Below are positions 1 to 8,363 of a stretch of 64,000 bases of DNA, one piece after another (position 1 is the stretch's first letter; each line of letters starts with the position of its first letter). The notes beneath the pieces were generated by a model. It was given only the letters and a program-made list of their open reading frames with translations, had not been told where the DNA came from and ran no database searches. This DNA comes from Nitrospirota bacterium. GTDB lineage: Bacteria > Nitrospirota > Leptospirillia > Leptospirillales > Leptospirillaceae. Location of the stretch: contig JAJZCZ010000001.1 in assembly GCA_021828805.1 (NCBI GenBank), forward strand, positions 715 through 64,714, given 5' to 3'. The translations under genes and the position numbers were made by a program.

Positions 1-1
1 C

Positions 2-850
2 GCGAAAAGACCCTCGTCCGGGAAGCTTCTGGGAGCTCTCTCCGTTTTTCTTTTGCTTCTGGTTATCATGGGGTTTTATCCCGATCTCTTCCAGCGGTGG
101 ATTATTGATCCTCCGATGGCAGGGATTCGCACCCTCCTCTCCGGAGCCACGGGAGTCTCCCATGGGACTTCCGGGCTTGTCGGGCGGTATTTCGATCTGG
201 TGGGGGCCCAGGAGCAGAACGAAGCACTCAGGAATCAGGTGGCGGATCTGACCCGGAAGCTGGCCCGGGAAAAAATCCTGGCCCAGAGATCCCGGGATCT
301 CGAAGCCCTTCTGAATCTGAAAAAACGGATTTCCCAGGCCGAGATCGCTTGCCACGTTGTGGCGACAAGCCCGACCGATTCTCCCCGCACCCTTCTTCTC
401 GATTGCGGGAGGAACCAGGGAGTGGCGATACGGGACGGGGTGATCGGCCCTGGGGGTGTTGTGGGCTATGTTGTTCGTGTTCTGGATGTTTTCTCACAAG
501 TGATATGGGTTGAAGATCCGATGTTTGCCCTGGAGGGGCGTCTCACCGACTCCGGGGCCAAGGGTTTGGTTCGGGGAAGAGGAATGGGCCGCCCCCTTTC
601 TCTTCGGTATATTCCCCCTCTGACCCAAGTGGATAAGGGAAGCGAAGTGGTGACAACCGGAGAGGACGGGTATTTTCCTCCGGATGAACCGGTCGGGTCG
701 GTGGTCTCCCGTGGAGATGCCGGTCGCGGGATCTTTCAGTCGGTTCGACTGGTTCCCGCGGAGAGGCTTGATAACCTCTGGGCCGTTTTCGTCCTCGTCC
801 CCCCCCTGTCGTGGACGTCACGTCCGCTTCTCGGGAAGGAAACCAGGTGA
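2..850 (+). CDS. mreC: Rod shape-determining protein MreC (5' end cut by window edge)
   Basis: The reading frame is open to the left edge; the TTG at 53 would truncate the N-terminal TM segment LLGALSVFLLLLVIMGF. Coiled-coil stretch QNEALRNQVADLTRKLAREK, then a beta-rich C-terminal part. Followed by mreD-mrdA-rodA. Confidence 0.8.
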   Translation, partial: AKRPSSGKLLGALSVFLLLLVIMGFYPDLFQRWIIDPPMAGIRTLLSGATGVSHGTSGLVGRYFDLVGAQEQNEALRNQVADLTRKLAREKILAQRSRDLEALLNLKKRISQAEIACHVVATSPTDSPRTLLLDCGRNQGVAIRDGVIGPGGVVGYVVRVLDVFSQVIWVEDPMFALEGRLTDSGAKGLVRGRGMGRPLSLRYIPPLTQVDKGSEVVTTGEDGYFPPDEPVGSVVSRGDAGRGIFQSVRLVPAERLDNLWAVFVLVPPLSWTSRPLLGKETR

Positions 851-1362
851 GCCAATCCCTTCGGGTTCTCCTTTTTGGTGTTCTGGTTCTCGGGTCGTTT
901 TCGGTCATGCATTGGCTTCCGGTTTTTCTTCAAGATCTGAATCCTGTTCCGGTTCTTCTCTTTTTCTTTTTGGAACGAAGAAAGTTAACGGAAGCGATTT
1001 TTTTGGGAGGTCTGGCAGGAGGGCTCATGTTCCTCGTGGTTCCAGGACCTCTCCTTATTCCTGTTATTCGATATGCTCTGGAGGGAACGCTTGCCGCCCG
1101 TATGCAAGCTCCCGGAACTTCTTCCGGAGCCAAGATTTTCGCGTTTTTCTGGACATTCATGGGATTTGATCTGGTGTTGGGCCTCCTCTCCCGGCTTCTG
1201 CTAGACGAACCCCTTACGATAGACCTCTTGAAGGATTGGCTGGTGATGGACGTGGTCTCCGCTTCGCTGGGTACGCTGCTCTTGTTCCTGTGGCGATATC
1301 CCGGGAGAAACGACAGGCTTCGTTCACAAAAAAATCATGGCATTGGATTCCCGCTCCCTTAA
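847..1362 (+). CDS. mreD: Rod shape-determining protein MreD
   Basis: GTG at 847 overlaps the mreC stop (GTGA). About 171 aa, polytopic and hydrophobic, in the conserved position between mreC and PBP2. Confidence 0.6.
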   Translation: MSQSLRVLLFGVLVLGSFSVMHWLPVFLQDLNPVPVLLFFFLERRKLTEAIFLGGLAGGLMFLVVPGPLLIPVIRYALEGTLAARMQAPGTSSGAKIFAFFWTFMGFDLVLGLLSRLLLDEPLTIDLLKDWLVMDVVSASLGTLLLFLWRYPGRNDRLRSQKNHGIGFPLP

Positions 1363-3181
1363 AAGATCTTTGCTGGGGACCCCCCGGGCGCGCCTTCGCG
1401 GACTCGTTTTGTTATTCTGGGTCGGCTTTTCAGTCGTTGTCATCCGACTGTACGTCGTGGAGGTTATCAAACACAGGCATTATCTTGCCTTGGCCCGGGA
1501 AAACATCGTAAAGTCGACCCCTATCCCTCCCCTTCGCGGAGAGATTACCGACAGAAACGGTGTGGTTCTGGTTCATAACGGGCCGGAGTTTGCCCTTTTT
1601 GAAATTCCCGGCGAGGTCCGTCGTCCCCAGGAAATTCGATGGGTTGCCTCTGATCTGGGGGTGCCGGTCGACCGGCTTCTTCGCTCCACCCGCTCTCTTG
1701 GATTTGTTCTTCCCTCCCATGTTCCGATCCCTCTTCTTGCCGGTCTTTCGATGGCTCAGGTTGGCCGGGTCAATATGGACCTCTACCGTCTTCCCGGCTT
1801 CTTCATCCAGATCATGCCCAAGAGGATCTACCCCGAGAACAATCTCGCCGCGCACCTTCTGGGCTACGTGGGCTCCTTTACTCCCGGAGACCTGAAGAGC
1901 TCTCTCTACCGCCATCTGCCTCCGGGCACGGGAGTCGGAAAGTCCGGGATTGAAAAGGAGTACGACTCCCTTCTCCAGGGGACGCCCGGCATGCGCCGCC
2001 AGCTTGTGAACTCCCATGGGGTCATGATCAAGCGGCTCCGGGAAAAGCCTCCGGGAGAAGGCCAATCGCTCCGGCTTACCATCGATGTCCGCCTGCAGGC
2101 CGTGGCGGAGAGAATGCTGGGAGACAGGCGGGGGGCGGTGGTGGCCCTGGATCCTCGCAATGGGGAGCTGCTGGCGCTGGCAAGCCATCCGGCCTACAGT
2201 CCGGGAGAGCTCTCCCAGGCGATGAGTACGGCCCGGTGGAATGATCTTGTCCATGCTCCGGACCATCCCCTGACAAACAGGGCAACCCAGGGGCTGTATC
2301 CCCCCGGCTCGGTCTTCAAGATCGTGACGACAATGTCCGGATTTCAGGAAAACAAGCTCGATCCGGACAAGTCGTTTCAATGTGGCGGCCTCTTTCATGT
2401 GGGCTCCGTGATTTTTCATGACTGGAAGAAGGGGGGACACGGAACTCTCCACCTTCATCGGGCGATCGAGCAGTCGTGCGATATCTTCTTCTATACGCTG
2501 GGGATGAAGCTGGGACCGGATGCGATTGCCCGGGTCGCCCGGGATTTTGGTCTGGGGGAAAAGACAGGGATCGACCTCCCGGCCGAACTTTCCGGCGTGG
2601 TTCCCGACCGGCAATGGAAAAAGAAATATCTTCACGCTCCCTGGTTTCCGGGAGAGACTCCCCCCATGGCCATCGGTCAGGGGTATCTCACGGTGACCCC
2701 CCTGGAAATGGCCCGGCTCATGGGGGCGGTTGCCATGGACGGTGAGATTTCCCATCCGCACCTTCGGCTTGGCAAGACGTTGACCTCCCTGTCCCCTGTG
2801 GGACTTCCCGTGAAGAACTTTGCCCTTGTGAAGTCTGACCTTCGGGATGTGGTGGCGGCCCCCCACGGGACAGGACATCCCGTCAATCTTTCCTTTTTTG
2901 CCATTGCAGGAAAAACCGGCACGGCCCAGGTGGTGAGCAACCGTGGCGTCAACAAGGACAAGAAGCGCCCCAAGGCAGATTCATGGTTTGTCGGCTTTGG
3001 GCCCTTTGACTCCCCCCGGATCGTCGTCGCCGTTCTGATCGAAAACGGGGGAGACGGAGGGGATGTCGCCGGACCGGTCGCCCGTGAGGTCTTCCGGATG
3101 TATTACGTGACACATGCGTCGACGCTGCCTCCTCCCTCGCCTTCCGTTGCCCCCGCCCGTCCGGGAGGAAGCTCCCTGTGA
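1337..3181 (+). CDS. mrdA: Penicillin-binding protein 2 (elongasome transpeptidase)
   Basis: 614 aa with an N-terminal TM segment. Transpeptidase motifs SxxK (GSVFKIV), SxD (EQSCDIF) and KTG (GKTGTAQ). Located in the mre/rodA context. Confidence 0.9.
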   Translation: MALDSRSLKRSLLGTPRARLRGLVLLFWVGFSVVVIRLYVVEVIKHRHYLALARENIVKSTPIPPLRGEITDRNGVVLVHNGPEFALFEIPGEVRRPQEIRWVASDLGVPVDRLLRSTRSLGFVLPSHVPIPLLAGLSMAQVGRVNMDLYRLPGFFIQIMPKRIYPENNLAAHLLGYVGSFTPGDLKSSLYRHLPPGTGVGKSGIEKEYDSLLQGTPGMRRQLVNSHGVMIKRLREKPPGEGQSLRLTIDVRLQAVAERMLGDRRGAVVALDPRNGELLALASHPAYSPGELSQAMSTARWNDLVHAPDHPLTNRATQGLYPPGSVFKIVTTMSGFQENKLDPDKSFQCGGLFHVGSVIFHDWKKGGHGTLHLHRAIEQSCDIFFYTLGMKLGPDAIARVARDFGLGEKTGIDLPAELSGVVPDRQWKKKYLHAPWFPGETPPMAIGQGYLTVTPLEMARLMGAVAMDGEISHPHLRLGKTLTSLSPVGLPVKNFALVKSDLRDVVAAPHGTGHPVNLSFFAIAGKTGTAQVVSNRGVNKDKKRPKADSWFVGFGPFDSPRIVVAVLIENGGDGGDVAGPVAREVFRMYYVTHASTLPPPSPSVAPARPGGSSL

Positions 3182-4269
3182 AAAGTGAGGTCGTGACATA
3201 CATCGTGAAGATCCATCCCCTCTTTCTTGCCGCCCTGCTGGGCATTCTGGGGATTGATCTCCTCACGCTCTATTCGGTGAACCCCTACCTGGCCATGAAG
3301 CAGGGAATCTGGGAGCTTGTGGGGCTTCTGGTGGCGGGAGGGATCCTGATGATCCCCTACCCTCTTTTTGTCAAAAATGCCCGATTCATCTATGGTCTTG
3401 TGCTGGCATTGCTCTTCGTGGTGGTCCTGTTCGGACACCGGAGCCACGGAGCGCGGCGATGGATCGGGGTCGGCTGGTTTCAGATCCAGCCGTCCGAGTT
3501 CATGATCCTGGCGCTCATTCTTTTTCTGACGGCGTATCTTCTGAGAAATGGCAAGGATGTTCCCATGACATCCGGACTCTTTGCCGGAGGAGCCCTGGCG
3601 GCGCTTCTGCCGGCAGTCCTGATCGCGCGTCAGCCGGATCTTGGGACGGCTGTTGAGCTTTTGATCATTTTTGCAGTCTACATCCTGCTCAAGGGGATTT
3701 CCTCCAAAGTTCTGACGATCTCCCTGATCGGAGGGCTCGCCTTCTTTCCCGTGGCATGGGAGGTGCTTTGGACCCATCTTCATGAGTTTCAGAAGGACCG
3801 GATCCGGGCCTTTGTCGACCCCTCGTCCGATCCTTCGGGAATGGGCTACCACACCATCCAGTCCATTGTGGCGGTGGGATCGGGGGGATGGTTTGGCCAG
3901 GGGCTTTCCGGGGCCACACAGGTTCGTTATCAGTTTCTCCCCGGTGCCCAGACTGACTTTGTTTTTGCCGTTTTCACCGAGGAGTGGGGATTTGCGGGAG
4001 CCCTTCTTTTTTTGACCCTCATGGCCTATCTGATCTGGTTTGCGGCAAGGACGGCCCTTGAAAGCCGTGATCAGGTCGGGTTCTATCTGGCTTCGGGAGT
4101 GACGGGTTTTTTTCTGTTCGGGTTTCTGATCAATGCATTGATGGTCCTGGGTGTCCTCCCGGTGGTGGGGGTTCCCATGCCGCTCATGAGCTACGGGGGA
4201 TCGGCGATGATTGTCGCCCTCGGATCTCTGGCGCTTCTCCTGAATATACGTTTTTATGCGAAGAGGTGA
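3178..4269 (+). CDS. rodA: SEDS-family peptidoglycan polymerase RodA
   Basis: 363 aa polytopic protein. Contains PGAQTDFVFAVFTEEWGFAG and PLMSYGGSAM, typical of RodA/FtsW. Start overlaps the mrdA stop. Confidence 0.9.
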   Translation: MKSEVVTYIVKIHPLFLAALLGILGIDLLTLYSVNPYLAMKQGIWELVGLLVAGGILMIPYPLFVKNARFIYGLVLALLFVVVLFGHRSHGARRWIGVGWFQIQPSEFMILALILFLTAYLLRNGKDVPMTSGLFAGGALAALLPAVLIARQPDLGTAVELLIIFAVYILLKGISSKVLTISLIGGLAFFPVAWEVLWTHLHEFQKDRIRAFVDPSSDPSGMGYHTIQSIVAVGSGGWFGQGLSGATQVRYQFLPGAQTDFVFAVFTEEWGFAGALLFLTLMAYLIWFAARTALESRDQVGFYLASGVTGFFLFGFLINALMVLGVLPVVGVPMPLMSYGGSAMIVALGSLALLLNIRFYAKR

Positions 4270-4424
4270 GGCCGTTTCGCCCGCCCCTTCGCTCAAGATA
4301 TCGACTCAATAGGCTGTCGATTGCGGGAAGACTTCTCCTGTCCGGCCGCCTGAAGCTTCGGGTGTGGCCCTGACGGGTTGGTTTTCCGGAAATTTGCGGA
4401 TTTTCTGTATTGGAGGATGGAATT

Positions 4425-6011
4425 ATGGGATCTGAAATACTGATTCACGTGACTGAGGAGGAGACAAAGGTCGCCATTATTGAGTCGCGGCGACTTGTCG
4501 AATACTTTTTCGATAGAAAACAGGCACAGGGGATTGTGGGCAATATCTACAAGGGAAAGGTGAGCAAAGTTCTCCCGGGAATGCAGGCCGCCTTTGTCGA
4601 CATCGGTCTGGAAAAGGCCGCTTTTCTGTATGTTGACGATATTTTTGTCGAGGGATCCGAGGTCCTTCCCGACGCCATGCAGGAAGACGCCGCTTCAGCA
4701 AGCCCCGAAGAAGAGGCTCCCGCTGCCGTGACGGTGTTACCGGCCGCACCGGCGGTCGAGGGGGAGAGCGCTCCTCCCGCCCCTCCGCCTCCGAAGCGTT
4801 CGGGGAGAAGGCCGATCGAAGAGGTTCTTCTCGACAGTCAGGATGTCCTGCTCCAGACGACAAAGGATCCCATCAGCACCAAGGGTCCCCGGGCGACAAC
4901 CTATATCAGCCTTCCCGGGCGCTATCTGGTCTACATGCCCCAGGTGAACCATATCGGGGTCTCCCGGAGGATTACCAACGAGGGAGAGCGCCATCGCCTG
5001 AAGGATCTTGTCGGTTCGCTCCGGGCCCACAAGGGGGGCTACATCATCAGGACGGTCGCCGAGGGAATGACGGAGGACGAGGCAAGGATGGATATGGTCT
5101 TCCTCGATCTTTTGTGGGAGGACATCAAGGCGAAGTACGAGCAGGCCAAACCGCCCGCCCTGGTCCGTGTCGATCTCGATGTGGTGTTCCGTACGATCCG
5201 GGACTATCTGACCAATGATGTCGACCGCCTGGTCATCGACAACCAGAAGGAATATCAGCGGGTGCTCGAGTTCGTGAAGACCTATCTTCCGGCCTATGCA
5301 TCGAAAGTTGAGCTCTGGAATAAGAAGACCTCTCTTTTCGGAGAGTACAACGTGGATCCCCAGGTGGCCCGGGCCCTCGAAAAGAAGGTATGGCTCAAGT
5401 CGGGAGGCTATCTGGTGATTGACCGTGCCGAGGCACTGACCGTCATCGACGTGAACACCGGTCGATTTGTGGGGGAGAAGGACCCCGAGGAGACCATCCT
5501 CAAGACGAATCTTGAGGCGGTGGAGGAGATTGCCCATCAGCTCAGGCTTCGCAATATCGGGGGCATCATCATTCTCGACTTCATCGACATGGAAAAGGAA
5601 AAAAACCGGGACCGGGTCTTTCAGGGGCTTCAGGAGCTTCTCTCCCGGGACAAGGCCCGGACAAATGCCCTCCGGATCTCCGATCTCGGTCTTGTCGAGA
5701 TGTCCCGCAAGCGGGTCCGGGAGGATCTCGTCCACCTTTTGGGGGAGACATGCTCCTACTGTGACGGAAAGGGCTATGTCAAATCTGTCCGGACAATCAT
5801 CTATGAGATCTTCGAAGATCTCCGGAAGCTTCCCTCCGGACGGGGAGGCAAGGACCGTCGGGTGATTCTTTACGTCCATCCCGATGTTGAAGCCGAGATG
5901 GCGGCAGAAAAACCCTTTCTCGACGCTGTTCAGCAGATCATCCGGAAGAAGGTGATCGTTAAGAGCGATCCGCTGTATCACATTGAAGAATTCGTCATTG
6001 TTTCGCCATAG
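4425..6011 (+). CDS. rng: Ribonuclease G/E family endoribonuclease
   Basis: S1 domain GNIYKGKVSKVLPGMQAAFVDIG. Catalytic core motifs VIDVNTGRFVG and GGIIILDFIDM. Zn-link CSYCDGKGYV. ATG at 4425 is preceded by GGAGGA; the TTG at 4410 given in the track is less likely. Confidence 0.85.
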   Translation: MGSEILIHVTEEETKVAIIESRRLVEYFFDRKQAQGIVGNIYKGKVSKVLPGMQAAFVDIGLEKAAFLYVDDIFVEGSEVLPDAMQEDAASASPEEEAPAAVTVLPAAPAVEGESAPPAPPPPKRSGRRPIEEVLLDSQDVLLQTTKDPISTKGPRATTYISLPGRYLVYMPQVNHIGVSRRITNEGERHRLKDLVGSLRAHKGGYIIRTVAEGMTEDEARMDMVFLDLLWEDIKAKYEQAKPPALVRVDLDVVFRTIRDYLTNDVDRLVIDNQKEYQRVLEFVKTYLPAYASKVELWNKKTSLFGEYNVDPQVARALEKKVWLKSGGYLVIDRAEALTVIDVNTGRFVGEKDPEETILKTNLEAVEEIAHQLRLRNIGGIIILDFIDMEKEKNRDRVFQGLQELLSRDKARTNALRISDLGLVEMSRKRVREDLVHLLGETCSYCDGKGYVKSVRTIIYEIFEDLRKLPSGRGGKDRRVILYVHPDVEAEMAAEKPFLDAVQQIIRKKVIVKSDPLYHIEEFVIVSP

Positions 6012-6035
6012 GCAGAAAAACCGGGGAGAAACCAT

Positions 6036-6530
6036 ATGATTCGTATGCCAGGGCTGTCAGGGGGCTTTGTCCGTCAGGGATTCTTGCTGGCCGGGCTCCT
6101 TCTTGTATTCGCCATTTCCGGGTGCACCGGGAAGGAGAGTTCCACCCTTCCTTCCTCCGCACCGGGGAAGGTTGTGGGGGAGGTGGATCTCGACCCGCAT
6201 GTGCCTCTCTGGATGACGCACGGTTCCTTGTCGGTTGTCGCGCTCATGAAAGGGCCGACCTCTCCGGACTGGCTTCCCGTTGCCCAGGTTCTTTTCGTCC
6301 ACCCGACCTTCCCCGTCCCCTTCGAGATTTCCCAGAAGGACGTTCGTCTCACGGGGATCAACTTTCAGGGCCCCGTCAGGCTCATCGCCAGGCTCTCTCT
6401 CGAGTCGGGAAGCACTCTTGTGGCCAGCGGGGAATACAGTGGCTCCTCTCCCGTTTCCGGAACCGTCGGAGGGGATCCGGTCCATATTCTGATTGACCGG
6501 AAGCTTCCTTCGGAGGCGGGGAGCCCCTGA
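6036..6530 (+). CDS. Hypothetical lipoprotein
   Basis: Signal peptide with lipobox LLLVFAISGC. No recognisable catalytic motif. Confidence 0.45.
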   Translation: MIRMPGLSGGFVRQGFLLAGLLLVFAISGCTGKESSTLPSSAPGKVVGEVDLDPHVPLWMTHGSLSVVALMKGPTSPDWLPVAQVLFVHPTFPVPFEISQKDVRLTGINFQGPVRLIARLSLESGSTLVASGEYSGSSPVSGTVGGDPVHILIDRKLPSEAGSP

Positions 6531-6532
6531 AA

Positions 6533-6925
6533 ATGGTCCGGACTCTTTTTTTTGAGGCCCTTTCCCTGTCGGTAAAAATCGGGACCAAGGCCCAGGAGAG
6601 GGCCCGTCCCCAGACGGTGCTCGTCTCCGGAGAGTGTCGGCTTGATGGCAAAGAACGGGGAAATGATCGTCTCTCCAAAACGGTCGACTATGACCGCCTT
6701 CTCCGGGAAATACGGTCCTGCGCCGAGCCGACGGAGTTCTCGCTTCTCGAGCGTCTGGGCGACCATATTGTGGATCGGGTCATGAAGAGCTTTCCGGGAA
6801 TCGACTCCATCACCCTGACACTCTGGAAGGAGCCTGCGCCTCTTCCGTTTCCGGTGAGACGGGTGGGAGTCACGGTTTCGGAAACCCGCTCGTCCTGGTC
6901 CGAACCGGCAACACTTCTTTCCTAA
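6533..6925 (+). CDS. folB: Dihydroneopterin aldolase-like protein
   Basis: About 130 aa with a FolB-like pattern: IGTKAQERARPQ..V, TVDYDRL, LLERLGDHIVDRV. Confidence 0.55.
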   Translation: MVRTLFFEALSLSVKIGTKAQERARPQTVLVSGECRLDGKERGNDRLSKTVDYDRLLREIRSCAEPTEFSLLERLGDHIVDRVMKSFPGIDSITLTLWKEPAPLPFPVRRVGVTVSETRSSWSEPATLLS

Positions 6926-6940
6926 AGGACAGGACTTTCG

Positions 6941-7780
6941 ATGATCTTTCATCCCAATGTTTTCGGCCTTCTTCTCCTCCAGACCACGGCGGGAGGAGCC
7001 TTCTTCATGACCTTTCTCTACCGGTATCCCTCGATCAACCGGTCGTTCTACCGGCTGCACGGTCTCCTTTTTCTTCTGGCTTCCGGAGGGGCTCTCTTTG
7101 CCCTGGGCCCCTCCGGTCTTGCGTTTTCCCGTGTCTCCTCCGACCATGCCGGGGCGACCACCGTCTACCTCGTGCTGGGCGGGACGGTAGGGCTTGTTCT
7201 CTATAATATTCTCATCAATTTTATTCCCTGGGACCGCTCCCGAAAACTCTCGCGTCCGGTTCTGAATCTTTCGGGAACACTTCTTTTGGGCGCCGTTGGC
7301 GGAGCTGCCCTCGTATTGAATCGCTCTCTGTCGCTCTCCCTCTCGGGGATTCTTCTTCTCCTGACCTTTTTCGTCGGGGCATTCCTCCTGGGTTCGGTCC
7401 TTCTCGCCATGAACTGGGGGCATTTTTACCTGACGAATCCGACTCTTCCCATTGAGCCTCTGGCCTTTCTCGTCAGGACGCTTCTCATTATGACCGTGGC
7501 AACGGCTCTTCTGTCAGGGGGCATGACGGTGAGAGACTGGAGTCTTCAACCCGGTTTTGCTGAAGGGCTGCTTCTTGAGTCCTTTCAGGGGCTCTACCTT
7601 TGGGGCCGTCTTCTCATCGGTGTTCTGGGGGGGCTCGTCATTGCCATTCTTGCGTACAAGACGGTGCGCATGCATTCAACGCAGGCAGCGACGGGCCTTC
7701 TCTATGTTGCTCTTCTGATGATTCTCTTCGGAGAAGCGTTTTCCCGCTTTCTTTTCCTGAATCTGGGGATTCTTGTCTGA
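6941..7780 (+). CDS. Hypothetical polytopic membrane protein
   Basis: 279 aa with about 8 hydrophobic segments. Coding-like composition, no assignable family. Confidence 0.5.
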   Translation: MIFHPNVFGLLLLQTTAGGAFFMTFLYRYPSINRSFYRLHGLLFLLASGGALFALGPSGLAFSRVSSDHAGATTVYLVLGGTVGLVLYNILINFIPWDRSRKLSRPVLNLSGTLLLGAVGGAALVLNRSLSLSLSGILLLLTFFVGAFLLGSVLLAMNWGHFYLTNPTLPIEPLAFLVRTLLIMTVATALLSGGMTVRDWSLQPGFAEGLLLESFQGLYLWGRLLIGVLGGLVIAILAYKTVRMHSTQAATGLLYVALLMILFGEAFSRFLFLNLGILV

Positions 7781-8044
7781 GGACAGAAGAGAAGGCCGGC
7801 AGCCGGCCTGACGCCCTCTTTTCGGGGTCTCTTTGAATATGAGTTGATTTCTCCCCAAGAATATCTATAAAATTGATAATCTGTGTGAGTGTATACCTCT
7901 TCTTTCAGAGAATGAGAATACAAGACGATGAACATTTGCCGGTGTTACCGGTTCCGCCATGGTTTCCTGTGACGGAAAAGACTTTCGCTCTCTTGTGTAT
8001 AGAGGGTGAAGGGTTTTGATCAAGGAAAGGTCAAGGAGGCCTGA

Positions 8045-8299
8045 ATGTCAATTCTGATTGCCGATAATTGTATTTCCTGCGGGGCGTGTCTTCCCGAGTG
8101 TCCCAATGATGCCATCAGCGAAGGGGATCCGATCTATGTGATCGATCCGGACCTTTGCACCGAATGTATTGGTTTCCACGATGAACCGCAGTGTGCAGCC
8201 GTCTGCCCGATCGACGAATGTTGCATTCCGGATCCGAACTGCGTTGAAACAGAAGAAGAGCTTCTTGCAAAGAAAGCCAGAATCCATCCAAACGGATAG
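8045..8299 (+). CDS. 2x[4Fe-4S] ferredoxin (YfhL-type)
   Basis: CISCGACLPECP and CTECIGFHDEPQCAAVCP cluster motifs. 84 aa. RBS AAGGAGG lies upstream. Confidence 0.85.
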   Translation: MSILIADNCISCGACLPECPNDAISEGDPIYVIDPDLCTECIGFHDEPQCAAVCPIDECCIPDPNCVETEEELLAKKARIHPNG

Positions 8300-8363
8300 C
8301 GGGGGACCCTCCCGGAGTTCAAGCGGCTTTCGGGAGGGCTCTTCCCCCTGAAGGGAGCAGGAA

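Noticed and set aside
1430-2878. 482-aa minus-strand ORF antisense to mrdA. Similar long antisense ORFs occur at 3103-4296, 4737-6035, 6365-7423, 22539-23348, 52273-53202 and 58973-60226.
   Set aside because: These are Arg/Pro/Gly-rich shadow frames of well-supported genes on the other strand. They have no RBS and no recognisable motifs, which is the usual artefact of GC-rich DNA.
7794-7808. GGCCG-GCAGC-CGGCC hairpin after the membrane protein gene, considered as a terminator.
   Set aside because: The stem is short and it is followed by GACGCCCTCTTTTC, not a clean U-tract. Too weak to call.
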